Shown piece after piece: positions 37,601 through 51,110 of a stretch of 64,000 nucleotides of DNA. A program made the translations under genes and the position numbers. Position 1 is the stretch's first letter. Every line of letters starts with the position of its first letter. The notes under the pieces are model-generated. The model was not told the origin of the DNA. It did not search any database and saw only the letters and a list, made by a program, of their open reading frames with translations. Source of the stretch: Monocercomonoides exilis PA203 (taxonomy: Eukaryota > Protista > Preaxostyla); assembly GCA_001643675.2 (NCBI GenBank), contig LSRY02000066.1:186001-250000 (forward strand). Reading direction: 5' to 3'.

Positions 37601-38295
37601 TCACAAATGCTGCTGGCACACAAAGCTCTTCCCATCAGCATTCTCATTCACCAGCTCTGATCACGCTCTCACCTTCTCTCACGCCTTCCTCTGCTTCTGC
37701 CTCGTTTGACTCTCCTTCTGCTTCTCCTCAGATGTCTTCTCCATTGGCATTAGACTCCTCCTCTTCTTCTTCTTTGTCCTCTTCATTGTCTTCATCCTCA
37801 TCCTCTTCCTCTTCTCTTTCTTCATCTTCATCTTCCTCTTCCTCTTCCTCAATCAATTCATTCACATCCTCTTCTTCCTCAGTTCCTCTCTTCAACACTG
37901 CTGCTTTCACCTTCAACCCAAACACCACGTCTTCCTCAGAAGACTTCTACTCTTCCTTCTTCTCCTCCTCTTATTTCAGCGACAATCCTTCCTCTTTCTC
38001 CTCCTCGTCCCATCCACACTCACACGACAATGACGACTCTGTCCTCTCTTCAGACACTCACCTCTCCCCTCTCCACCAGCCACGCGACCTCTCAGCTGAC
38101 CAGCGGACTGGTGAAAATGACTCATTTGCGCTGTCTTCTGCGCCGTTCACTTCATATTCTTCATTCACATCCTCCTTGTTTTATCCTTTCTCAGACGCTT
38201 TCCCATTGTCAGAAGAATCACCTGTTGACGCTGCATTTCGCAACGCGAAAAAAAGAGGCTGGACTTTTGATGATTCCGGTGATATTAATCGTTAA
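34658..38295 (+). CDS. Hypothetical low-complexity Ser/Pro-rich protein
   Basis: 3.6-kb ORF with probable short 5' introns and basic NLS-like runs. No recognisable domain. Confidence 0.75.
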
Positions 38296-38443
38296 ACATT
38301 CTTATTTTTTGGTTAGAGTTTTTGTTTATACATATTTTAGTATTTTTTAGTAATTATTTTTTCAAAAATTGATGTACAGATCAATAAGTCCCATTTTTGC
38401 TTTGGATTTCTGATCCTGACTTTTTGTTTTAATTGCCTGCCGC

Positions 38444-41400
38444 ATGTCAATCGACAAATATTTTATTGAAACAAGGCGGACAAAGCCAGAGCTTTTTATT
38501 CCACAGGGAATAACTTCTGGAGATCCAGAAATTGATCTGAAACATGGAAAAAGAAACTTTGTTGTTGCTGGCGAACATCTTGTTTTCTACGTAATATTTG
38601 AATCAACAACAACAGGTGAAAATGATTCGAGCGTGTATAACACAAGTTTACTGAATGTATCAGTTACCATTGAGTCTCTTCAAGAAAGAGGAAGAAATAA
38701 AACGATGAAACAATCCGATAAAAAATCGCCAAATTTGATAAATCCAAGCTATACTTCCTTTTTGATTCGCCGCCGAAACGTAAAAGAGAAAGAACTTCAA
38801 AACGATAATTATGAAAAGGGCTCTGGGAAATATTGCGAAGAAGTTGAAGGAAAGCTCTTAAAAGCGTTTGCTCTCAAAGGCACCACAAGAGTTGCCCTTT
38901 TAATTCACACATTTATAGATTTTACTGTTGGTAATCGAAGTTCTCATGTTTCTCTTTGTCTGAAGCTTACAAGAATACCAACAACAATTTTTGATAAGCC
39001 ACCAATGCCTCCACCCACAACCCAACAATTTTTAACACAAAAGGGAGCAAGAGGATCACTTTTGCGAACAGGATCTTCTCTTTCACACAAGCGACCAATT
39101 CAGCAACACTCATTACCATCTGCTAATTTAATTCCAGCTGCTTTTGCTCCAGATGTTGATGAAATGATTTCTCCTGCATCTTCGTTATGGACAGCATCTT
39201 CGGAACAAAACGCTTCAATGCATCCATCAGACAATCAGCAGGATGCAAATGGAGCGAACAAACAGACAGAGCAAACGACTTCATCTTCAGTCCTTGTCAC
39301 AATGTATTCTGAGCCAACACCTCTTTTTTCTATTCTTGCTCCGAAGCCAAGAACAACTGCACATTCAACGAGTTCATCTTCTGCACGCGGCGGAAAAGCA
39401 TCGTCTTCATCTGCTTCGAATGCATCGTCCGCAGCGTCTGGAAAGAACAAGCCATCTTCTGAGTTCTTCCTCTTTGACGAGCTGGTTCCCTCGTTCCAGA
39501 TGTCCGTGCATACCCCTCAAAAGCCCACTCTCCCTGGCTGCACCGTTCTGCGCTTTGACTTGTCGTGTTCTCCGCCTCTTTCGCTTTTCCTCCCTCCACC
39601 TTTGCCTCTCACCACCCGCCCTTCCTTCTATGTCTCCATCTCTCGAGCAAATAATTCCACTTCTTCGTCGTCTTCCACTTTGTTTGCGCTGAATCTGCTC
39701 TGCCTCAACAGCCACACCTCTCTGCCCATCTGCATCCGATCTGTCGCTATCTCTTCGACACCCTCGCTCAACCTGATCTTTTCACTGAACACGGCCATCT
39801 GCACACAAAAAGCAAAAAAGACGCTGCCTGATGCAAAAAGGGCACAAAAGAATGGAAACTCTGCTTCAGATGGAAATGATTTCTTTTCTGTTGATGATGA
39901 CTACGATGATGATGATGAGGAGGAGGAGGAAGAAGAAGAAGACGAAGAAGATAAAGATGACATGAATGAAGATGAAAACAAAGAAGTCAACAAAACAGGA
40001 GAAGCACAAGAACACAAAAACACCACAAAATCTTCCAACTCAGAAAAAAAGCCACAAAAAGGGCTGAAGCCGTTCCCAGTTATTCTGAGTCCGCGGTGTG
40101 AGTATGGCTTCCTGTTCAACATGTCGACGATGCTGTCTGCCGAAGAGTGGACAAGCCAGCATTCCTCATCTCTCTCCTGCAACGTCCTCGGCGTTGTGTC
40201 AAAGGAAAGGGAGATGGGCAGAGGCAGTGGAAGCTCATTCATGGGCTTCTCTCAGAACGGAATTGCTCCTTTCTCAGCAGTCGCCTCAAGCTCGTTGCTT
40301 TCTTCATCCTCTTCTACATCTTCTCTATCCCCCTCTTCTTCGTCTTCTTCTTTGTCTCAGTCATCCAGTGCCTCCTCTTCGATATTCCCAACCTCTTCTC
40401 TTTCCTCTTTCCTCCCTTCTAATCGCTCTTCTCCTTCGTCTCCCTCTCCTTCTGCATCTTCTCCTTCGCCTTCGCCTGTCTCTGCTACTCCGTTCAGTCG
40501 CACTGCTACTCCCACAAAAAGAAACAGATCACCTTCTCCTTCTGCCTCTTCATCTTCATCTTCATCTTCTCCTTCATCACATTCTTCTTCCTCTTCTGCT
40601 TCTTCTTCCTCTTCCTCTTCCTCTGCATCTTCATCATCATCCAGTTCATCCTCCTCTTCCTCCTCCTCCTCCTCCTCTTCTTCTTCTTCTGTCCCACTCA
40701 AATCCTTCTTCCCCACCGTCTCCTCCTCCACCCACACCCAGCTCTCTCTCCCTCTCTCCTCTTCTGAGTCTCTCCCTCTCCCCTCCTCTGCCTATCTGCC
40801 CAGCCCTTCCGACGACACCCCTCCGCTCTTCACAGACAAGACGCTCCAGTCGATGATCCCCACAGTCGATGCACTCAGACAGTCTTCTTCCTCCACCTCC
40901 AACTTCTCTGCCTCGTCTGCTCCGCCTCTCCTCTCCTCCTTCGACTGCGCTGTGCCCCTCCTCTCCCTCCCTCTCCTCGTCACTGTTGAGTGGAGCCCTG
41001 CTTTCCCCAGAAATGCCATCAGAGAGAGGAAGAGGAAGACACAGCTGAGACAGGCACAGAAGATGCAGATGAGGCAGATGAAGAGAGAGAGGAAGAGGGC
41101 TGAGAGAGAAGAAAGGAGGAAAAAACTGGCTGCAGCGGCGGCAGCAGAGAAAGAGGAGAAAGAGGAAGGCGATGAGAAAGGAGAGAAAAAGGAAGGGAAG
41201 GCAAAGAAAGAGCTTTCAGTAATCTTTGCCGAGGCAGACGAAGAGAACGAAGCAAACAGCGAGAGTGGCAGCAACAGCAGCAGCACAACAACAACAACAG
41301 CCAATGAATGTCCGACAATCTCTTCCTATTTTGAGAAGTTCAACACTCCACACTCGTGTCTTGTCTCTCCCCTGCGTGCCCTCAGCCTGTCTCGCCCCTT

Positions 41401-44169
41401 CGTCCCTCCTCCGACTCTTGTTTCTCATTTCAACACAGCTGTCACTGTGTATACACCTCCTCCCTTCACCGTCACCTACGCCACGCCCCACAAAGTGCGG
41501 AGGAACTGCCTCTTCAGCGTGTCCATCACAATCACATCACACCCACGCACTCCTCTCTCTGGCGATGCTCCTGTCCTCTTGCTCCACCTCGCTCCACCTC
41601 CACTCACACACGCCAGCACTGCCACACCCAGATTCCTCTTTGAATCTGAACTGCGCAACACTCGAGAGGTTACTCTGTGTTCTAATGCTCTTTCATCTTC
41701 TATTTCATCTGCTTCTTCCTCTTCCTCCTCCTCTTCTTCTTCTTCCCCTCTTCCTTTTGTTGCACCACCCCGTGCCCCTCCTCCCCCTCATTCCTCTTCC
41801 ACACTCAGAGGCAAAGGCCATTCCTCTTCCCATTCGCAGTCTCCCTCACTCAACGGCATCTCTGCTGCCAAATACACATCAAACAAAACTATGTCTTTTC
41901 CTTCTCCTCTCTCTTCTTCTTCTTCTTCTTCTTCCAACTCTTCATTGGGATCTCCAATGCTCTCATCATCATCATCATCATCGCCTTCTTCTTCTTCCTC
42001 TTCCTCTCTTCCTCTCTCTCTCAACGCCCCCCAATCTTCTCTCTCTTCCTCTTTCCTCACAAAGCCAACAACATTCAACGGCCTTGTCGGTTTCATCACA
42101 CCTTCTCCACAAGACTCTCTTTCTCTTCCTCTCTCCACTGACCTCAATCCACACCCCTGCACTCACCAACCCCCCCACACACTCAATGAAATGACACACA
42201 TCATGCACCAGGTGGAACACAAGGGAAGTGCTGTCATCGCATCAAAGAATGATAACATTGCTTCATATTCTTCTTCTTCTTCTTCTTCTAATGCCATAGC
42301 CAAGTTGAATGCAGCGTATTCTGACTGGAAGCAGGCAGGCAGTGCGAAAGACGTGTCAAACAGCATCAGTGCCCTGGGAAGACACATCCAATGGACAGTC
42401 GAAGAGGATGAAGAGACAAAAGCAGAGTCGACGAGGATCAGAAAGGAAGATGCGGAAAGAGAAGAGCAGAAGGCGAAGGTGCTGGCGGAGAGGGCAGAGA
42501 GGCAGAAGAAGAGAGAGAAGAAGATGGAGGAGAAGGCAGCGAAGGCGGCAAAGGCGAAGCAGCTGGCAGAAAAAGAGAAAGAGAAAGAGAAAGAGAAGGA
42601 AAGAGAGAGACAATTAGAATATTCTCCATCACACAGAATGGCCACACCATCTGGTTTGAGTGGCAGTTCGTCTCTTTCTCTTTCTGTGAGACAGACAGAA
42701 AATGCTCCTGTCTCACCAACATCGTTCCCTCCCCCGCCGCCTCGAAAGGGCCTCTCTTCATCAAATGGGATGATGTCTTCGAGTCCTTCTTCTTCTTCTC
42801 TGTCCTCTTTCTCTTCCTCTTATTCCATTCAGCATCAGCCAAAGGGATCGATTTCTGTGACCAATCCACTTTTCATTCAGAACTTGGCAAAGACAAAGCA
42901 GGCAGCATCCATTTCTCCTTCTTCTCCTTCTTCACTTTCTTCTTCTTCTTCCTCTTCTTCTTGTGCTGCTGCTTCTTCTTCTGCTTTTGTTCCGAGCACA
43001 CTTTCACCAGCTCCTTCATCTCAGCCTTCCACTCCAATTTTATCTCCTTCTCTTTCATCATCCTCTTCATCAACATCTTCTTCTTCTTCATCTTCTTCAG
43101 CAACAACCAAACAACCTCCTCCACCTCCACCCCCAGCGCATCAGCGTTCTCTTGTCACTCCTTCCCCCACACTTCCCTCAGCATCACTTTCTCCTTCTCC
43201 TTCCTCCCTCTCTCTTTCTCTCTCTCCTTCTCGTCCACACTCTTCTTCTCAGACGTCTCCTTCTCTTGAAACTCTTCCTGAATTCCATGTTTTGACAGAG
43301 CTGTCAAATGTCATCAAACCAGAGCCATTGAATGAGAATAGCGAAAAAGACAGAGAGAAGAAGGAGGAAGGAAGAAGAAGCAGGCAAAGCGAAGAAGAAA
43401 GTGGGAAAGAGGAAAATGGCAATAAAACAAACACAAATGAAAATGCACTTGACAATCAGTCACCACACGCAGAGGAAGTACAAGCACCATCTGCTGAGAA
43501 GGAAGAAGCAGACAAGACAGACAAGGAAGAAATCACACAAAAACAAGAAAAAGATAAAAAAGTTGAGAAAGAGGAGGAGAAAGAAGAGAATGAAGGAGAT
43601 GTGAATGAAGAAGAGAAATCAGATATTTCTGCTTCGTTGGAGGCATCTCATCTTGTTGTGTCTGCCTCGTTTGCTTCGACTTCTGAAGAGTCTGAGACAA
43701 AAAGGCAGCAAAACGCTGCCTCTCTCTCTTTGCAGCAGACTTTGCCAGGTTGGTCTTATTTATTTAATTATTAATTTTGTCATTTTTAAATCTTTTTGGC
43801 TTTTGATCCATTTGCATTCAACAGTTCCTTCGTCTTCTGTTCTGACTGCAACTCCTCCTGTCATTGCCATGGAACGAGATATCTTCATCGGGTCTGTTCT
43901 TTTTTTATTTAAATAATAATTTCTGTTCATTAATGGCTTTCATAATACCTCTTTTCTTTTTTTTTTCCTTCTATCTTTCTCTCTCGTTCTATCATTCAAC
44001 CAATTTTAGTGAGCTTCCTCCATTCCAGAAGATCAACACGACTGTGCATTTTGTGATAACCCAATGTGGAAGACACGAACTCTGCCAGTTCTCTTTGGAA
44101 GACACGAAATCACACAGAATCTATCGCCAAACACTTCTAGACCCTCTTGTTGTTGACTGTGTTGATTAG
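38444..44169 (+). CDS. TRAPP-II subunit TRAPPC14/Trs65/TRAPPC13-family-like protein with very large Ser-rich inserts
   Basis: RNFVVAGEHLVFYVIF (cf. C7orf43 RNHLYLGETVRFLLVL), PFPVILSPRCEYGFLF, PHKVRRNCLFSVSITIT, and spliced C-terminus VIAMERDIFIG|ELPP...TTVHF...GRHEL...LED. Confidence 0.55.
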
Positions 44170-44468
44170 CCATCTGAAAATAACTGTGCTCATATTATTA
44201 TTCCATTTCCTCTTTTCATATCTTTTTTCAAAAACAAAAAATGATGTTGTTTCTTTTTTCTTTTCATGTCTTTCAAGATTTCTAATTCATTTCACATTTG
44301 CTTTTTTTATTTAATAAAATATTGTTATTTTTGAGTGCATTGCACAAAAACAATACTCACATCATTTTCTTTTTGATGCTTTCTCTCTTTTTCTCAACAA
44401 AATATTCTTAGAAGCAACCTTCCAACTAAATAAGACTAAAAAATGATATAACAAAGATAGCATTTATT

Positions 44469-47157
44469 TCATTTTTGAATACAAAAAGAAGGATGAGGAG
44501 CTGCCAATGCAGCAACAGAAAGAGGAAGTGAAAAAGATGAAATATTTGTGAAAGTGTTGGGAGGAGAAACGCCTTCATCAGTCAACACAAACAAGGAAGA
44601 TGTCACAAGTGGAGAATGAGATTGAGGATGGCTTTGAGGCAAAGAGGGAAGTTGAGATAAAGTTTGAGAAGAAGAAGAAGAAGAAGGAGAAGGGAGTGAA
44701 GTGATTGGCTGAGGAGAGTCAACTAAAATGAGCACCTGATGATGCTTGTCTGTTTCCTTTGGTGTGTCTTCATTGGAAGAGGAAGAGGAAGAGGAAGAAG
44801 ATGATGATTGGATGGAATGTGTCATGTGTGTGGATTGGAAGAAGAAAGGTTTGATGGTCAGATGGCGAGGTGAATTGTGGACAATCGACAAAAACTCGGA
44901 GAAAACAGCACGGCGCCGGAGAAATGAAAGAAGAGAGGACGCGACTTGAGGGCTGAAAGGGAATATTTTGGAAAAAGGAGATCATAAAAAGAGGGGTAAA
45001 GTTAGTCATAATTGAAAATTAATAAATAAATAAATAAATTGACAAAACAGTTCCAAAAGTTAAGTAAATATAGCTTCATAATAAAAATCAGTTTCTTTTT
45101 TTGTGATATATTTGTTTTTTAGATTATGAGCAAACTTTGGTTTGAGCAATTCAGCAACAGAAAGAGCAGTCAGCAAAGGTGAAAGAGAAGGATGAGTTGA
45201 AAAGAAAAGAGGAATGAATGGCTGAGAAGGAGAGGAAAGAGGACGATCATCTTGTTGAAGATGGCCAGTAGATTTATTTGAAGAAGAAGAAGATGATGAT
45301 GATGATGATGATAAATCTAATGAAATGGATGAGAGGGAAGAGGAGGAGGAGGAAGAAGAAGAAGAAGAAGAAGAAGAGCTGGCTGATGCAGAAAGTGGAT
45401 TATCTTCTGAATCAATTGAAGAAGATGAAGAAGAAGAAGAGGAAGCATCCATTTGATTGCTTTCCTTTTTCTCCCCCTTTCCCTCTTCTTTCTCTTCTTT
45501 CTCTTCTTTCAGCTCCTTCGGCATTTTCTTTGGGTCAAACGTGAAGAACAGCCTCTGATCAGGAATAGAGCGAGATATGGAGACAACAAGCTGCACATCA
45601 GCTGGAAAAGGAGGAGGAGTCTGCTGGGCAGCCAGACGAGGGGCAGAAAGGGAAGTTGAGCGAAGAGCAGAGAAAGGATGAGAAGGGGAAGCGAATGAGG
45701 AAGAGGCAGGGCGAATGTGGGTGGACGGGGCAATCGAAGTGGGGGCACCTAAAATGGCTGCTGAATTGGGAGAGAGAGAAAGAGTGCTTTCGGGATGAAG
45801 ATCCAACTGCAGCAAATAAAGCAAATGGATGAAATGTTGGGTAGTTAATAATTTGCGTGTAAGAAAAAGAAATGTATCAAAAGAATAAAAAATGAAAATT
45901 ACAATATTTAATAAAAAAGAAAGAAAGAAAAGCGAAAAAAAGATTTCTTTGCAATTTCTTGATGTTTTGTGTTTGCTTTTTTTCTTTTCCCTTTCAAACC
46001 TCTTCAAACAACTGAAGTGCGACATTTTGTCGAAGAAGAACGGAAACTCTGCGAGATATTTCCTTCCAGCCAATGTGCTGTGGAAGCGGAGCAGCAGTCG
46101 AACGATTAATTGGCCTAACTTCTGACTGAAGCACCAGTTCTATTTGAACAAGAAATGAAAAATAAGAAAGAAAATAAAATTTATTTGTGGTTCAAAATTC
46201 AATTTTTTGATCAAATAAGCACAGATGCAATATTCATTTATATTTGCATGAAGAAAAAAAGAAAGAAAGAAAATAACAAAAATAAAAATGATAAAATAGG
46301 CAAACGCTCGTCATCATCTGGACTCCGCTTTTTCTTTAATCTGCTCCAAACTGCAAGCATAGGTGCTGTTTCACTTTGTTTTCGAAGGAGAACGTGTTTT
46401 CTGAGTTGAAATGTATCTCTTATTCGCTTTTGATCAGCTTTAACTTTTTCTTTCAAAAATGCGCTTGTTGAAGAAAATATTTTTGCGTATTTTCCAAATA
46501 ACTAATTGAAACAATTAAAAACGCGTAAAAATATCAATTATTATCAAAAAAATAAGACAAACTCGAAGTTTACTGAGTAAAATCATCCCCATTTTTTCGG
46601 AATGTTGTTGAAATGACAATTCTTTTTTATATGCGAAATCTGTTGATAAACTATTATCTCTGAGTAATGTCAGAAGGTCTAAAGGAGCTGACAATTCAGC
46701 TGTCATGTTGCTAAAAAATAATAATAAACAAACAAATATGAAAAATATTTGTTTAACTCGAGTAAAAGTGTGTTATTTACCTGAAGTATTGCACAGAAGA
46801 TTTGAAATAATCATCTGTTGTCTTCTTTTTACCTTTGTGAATTCCACCAGTCAGTAATGTTGTCATTTTCTGTTGAAAATTAAATGATGACGGAAGTTTA
46901 GGTCGAACAGAAACTGTTCCATCTTCCCTATATTCTCCAACTGAACCCTCAAATGTAAAATATGCTCCATCTGTTAGTGGCTTCAATTCAGCTGGATTAA
47001 TCCCATCACGAATTTCAATTGGTTCCACTAAAGACTCTTCTTGCTGCATTTTATCAAAATCACGTGGGAGCAGATACACATTTGTTTCAGGAGGAGCATC
47101 AAGTTGAATCAGAAGATCATTAACGTGTGAATTCTCGAGCTCTTTCAATTCACTCAT
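44469..47157 (-). CDS. Mediator subunit MED17-like (multi-exon)
   Basis: VGEYREDGTVSVRPKLP, AELSAPLDLLTLLRD and ILLSKLR|LFGKYAKIFSSTSAFLKEKV...FQLRKHVLLRK parallel the MED17 N-terminus (VHEVGLDGTE; EMCVLYDVLSIVRD; LISKKKSLAGAAQILL...LRLRQHWKLRK). Confidence 0.6.
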
Positions 47158-47287
47158 TAATTAATATAAGGGGTATGTATTTTCAAAAGAAATTGTGAAC
47201 AATGTTATTATCTTATTGTTTGAAATTTATGTAAGTTTTGGAAATAAAGAAACAAATCCTTGAAAATATTACCCATACACAATTTTT

Positions 47288-49084
47288 ATGGAAACCATTC
47301 TGCTCGATATCAATAAGGAAGATGATTTAAATCAAGCCTGTAAATTTTTTCGAGAAGGAAGCATCGTTGCAATTCCTACAGAAACGGTTTATGGATTAGG
47401 GGCGAATGCATTAGATGTTAATGCTGTAAAAAAAATTTATGAAGCCAAAGGACGACCTTCTGATAATCCCCTAATTGTTCACATTTCTGATATGGATAAA
47501 ATACCAACTCTTGTTCAAGAAACAAGTTCTGAGCAATATAAATTAGCTATAAGAGTTGGAAAGGAATTTTGGCCTGGTCCACTATCTCTTGTTTTCCCAA
47601 AGTCTTCAATTGTTCCTGATAGAGTCACTGGTGGCCTAAAAACAGTTGTATTGCGTATTCCATCACATCCTGTTGCCTTGAAGATTCTCTCAAATTTGGG
47701 TTTGATTTTTAAATTATTGGTCAATTTTTTTATTTATGTTTGCAAACTTAACAGAATTCCCATTGGCTGCTCCAAGTGCAAACACTTCTGGAAAGCCTAG
47801 CCCAACGACTGCGCAGCATGTTTTGCATGATCTCCAAGGAAAAATTGCCGCTGTAGTTGATGGTTTCAATTTTTATTGTAAAGTTTTGAAAGGTTTTTAA
47901 TTCCTTGCTTTAAATCGCACTTTTCAGGAGGGTGCTCGAATGTTGGAGTTGAATCAACTGTTGTGAATTTATTTTGTGATCCTCCTTTGATACTTCGTCC
48001 TGGAGGCGTAACATTTGAGCAACTTAAAAAGCTTGTTCCATCTCTGCAACTTCATCATTCATTAATAGAAATACCTCACAAAGTCGGAACTGAAAGAAAG
48101 CAAAGCCAAGAAAAAGATTCAAAGCAACGCAATGAAAGCAAAGGATTTGATGAATTAACTTCAAGGTTGGAGAAAGAGCAGTTACTTAATGAAATAGTTA
48201 AGTTGGTGCAAATTCGTCATTCACAAAAAAGTATTTCTACAACAAATTGTCCTCCTTCTTCATTAGGCAGTGTTATCAGCCCATCGTCTGAAAATGTCTC
48301 TGATGCAGTGACTCCTCCTCCACTCCCTGCAACAATAAACTATGCTCATTCATCCTCTTCTATTTCACCTGCTTCTGAAACATCTTCGAAATCTGAAACT
48401 TTGTCTTCGCCAGCAACGCCTTTCTCTTTGGGCAGTTCATCACAGCAACATTCAGACTCACAATCATCTTCATCGTCGTCGTCTTCTTCTTCTTCTTCTT
48501 CAAATTCGTCAGTTGTCATTGACACATCCACCCCACCTCCTCCGACACCTGGAATGAAATACACACATTATTCACCAGATTCGCCTATTGTGCTCATCAC
48601 ACGCCAAGAAACAGCATCCACATCTGTTACAGAACACACAGCACTTTCTGATGTGTTGAAGTCTTCATCCTCCGCTAATGATGACATTCCTGATGACACA
48701 TTCAAAGCAATGATTAGTTTGCTTAAGAGTGTTGTTGAAAGAATAGCAAAAACTGAATCAGAAAAGAAAAAAGAGGAAACCCATCAGCCACCTCAAGATG
48801 TGTATAACGTCGTCTTTCTTTGGACTTCTGTTTCGTCGCCTGTTCCATTTTCGATTGAAACTCCCTCAAATATCAAAATCAACTTGTCTCATTGTTTCCT
48901 TGGCCCACTTCTTTCTGCAGTACAGCGTAATCTTTTCTCCTCGCTTCGTGATTGCGATCAAACGTTTGCTGCTGATTTGGTGCTTGTTGAAGGAGTTGCA
49001 CCCCATGAAGAAGGAATTGCTATTATGAACAGACTTACAAAGGCTGCAAAGATTTGCATAGATCCAACTGATGTAATTAGTTGA
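47288..49084 (+). CDS. SUA5: Threonylcarbamoyl-AMP synthase, two-domain Sua5 type (2 introns)
   Basis: AIPTETVYGLGANA, KGRPSDNPLIVH, FWPGPL, AAPSANTSGKPSPT, GVESTV, ILRPGG, PGMKYTHYSP, AIMNRLTKAA. Confidence 0.96.
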
Positions 49085-49134
49085 GTAATTATTTCGAATT
49101 TTCTATGTAATTAAAAAATTAATTTCTAAATTTC

Positions 49135-49944
49135 ATGTCTTGTTCGTTTACAATTTGAATATTCATTTTTATGGAAATTTATTTTCTTGTTAAACTCTAA
49201 AAAAAAAAGACTGAAGATCAGAATGAACCAAACTCAGGTATTTTTATTTATTGTGGGCTGTCTAACTTCTCGATAAATGCAAGCAGCAGCTCTTCATATA
49301 CTTGAGACGCCTATTGACAATGAAAAGGTATGTATTTACAAGCATTTTTTGAGAATAAACTTCTTGTTTTGTTTTTAGCAACCAGTTTTAGCTCTTGATA
49401 AAAAAGGAGCTCGTAGACTGAAGTCAATGAAAGAAGAAAAAAAGCAACGGTTAAAACGATATAAAGACAAGAAAAAGCTTCCTTTAACTGGCTATGAACC
49501 TCATCCAAAAGGTGAATCTGATCAGTTAGAAAAAGCACTTCGTTCGCTTGCCAGGAAGGGTGGTTTGCATTTGCTTTGGGCTCACTTATAATGTCATTAC
49601 TTGAACATTCATTTGATTGATCAGTTGTTAAGTTTTTTAATGCTCTTCACAAGCAACAGAAAAAATATGAAAATAAAAATGATGATGAAAAAACAAGTAT
49701 TGAAAAATTCATTTTTATTTGGCAATTTGATATTATTATATTGAATCTTCGTTTGATCATTTTCTTTCAGATTCTATTAAAGAAGATTTTCTTAAGGCAT
49801 TATCTGAAAAGGAAACTAAATCTTCTCAAAAGGTTTGCAATTAGTATTTTTATATACATAATTATTTGTCTTAATTTTCAGCCTGAATTTATGAGAGATG
49901 GTTTTCTCAATCCAGCGTCCATTTTAAAAACAAATCCAAAGTAA
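49135..49944 (+). CDS. RRP15: Ribosome biogenesis protein Rrp15-like (many short exons, start uncertain)
   Basis: Spliced EKALRSLARKG|VVKFFNALHKQQK, KEDFLKAL and FMRDGFL match Rrp15 motifs. Confidence 0.75.
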
Positions 49945-50065
49945 ATTTTTCATTTCCCTACACTTCATTCATTTCAATAATCAAAACAAAAATATTGCCT
50001 AAAAGCAAGCAACAATGTTAAATGTTACAATTTGAATTTTTTTAACCGTTTCTTTCTCACTTTAT

Positions 50066-50864
50066 TCAAGATGGAGAAAATGTTTTTTGTAATATGAATA
50101 ACTCCTGTTCGAATATTAACTTTTGATCTTCAAGAGCTTCGATTTTCTCTTTTTCTTTTTCGTCCACTTGTTTTTGGCAAGCCTAAGTGTTTAGTTATTA
50201 TTTCATAAATGTATTTATTATCATTGAAAATCTTTTTAATAAGATATTTTTCAAACCTCGACCATTTTCTGTAATGAAGCAATTTCTTTATCTTTTTCAC
50301 TCATTGACTTTGAAAATTGTGTTTGTGACAGCTTAACGAGTGCAAGTTGTTCTCGAAGTTGATGTACTTCTTGTCTTGCTAAATCTCTTTCGTCGTTTGC
50401 AAGTTGAATCCTGTTTTATTGAAAGTTAACAATTTCAAAAAAACAACAAATAAATTGCAAACATTTTTTTTGATTCGTTAAGTTCAGATTTCAGCTGTTC
50501 AACTGTGCGAATCGAAGTGCTCATTGACTCTTGTAATTGAAGCTCGAGTGCAGATTTTGTTTCCATGCATTTCTGAAAAAATTAACAAGAAGTTGAAAAT
50601 TTTTGAAGACAATTTATCAACGCAAACCTGAAGTTCAAATTGAACTTCTTGGAATTTTTCGAGAGAAACACTTTTTTCGAGTTGCCTCTTTGCTTCTTGA
50701 AGCTGTTTGGTGTTTTCTGAGAGAAGAGCATTTAATTGAGAATATAAAAAGGCAACTGGTTCGTCAACAACTCCAATCACGGAATCGCTTGAAGGGTTTG
50801 CTTGCTTTTTTAATTTGTTTGGTTTCTTTCTTGATGATGGTGTTTTTTCATTTTTATAATCCAT
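50066..50864 (-). CDS. Hypothetical coiled-coil protein (3 introns)
   Basis: GTTTG...AG introns join heptad-rich exons (ERDLARQEVHQLREQL; EKDKEIASLQKMVE). Confidence 0.7.
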
Positions 50865-51110
50865 TTTTGAGAGATAAGTTTAAATTAAAAAATAAATATC
50901 ATGATAGATCGAAATTAAAATAACAAAAGGTAAATTCATTTTTTAAACCAAATTTTCAGCAAATACGCTTGTTGCTTTGATTTTATTTTAAAAGCTACGA
51001 TTGAAATAACGTTTTGTTGTCGGTTTCATTCGTTATTTGAGCCAAAAAATATTACAACCAATCCAAAATTGATTTTAAATTGGATTTTGTAATTCTCTGC
51101 GAAATCGTCA

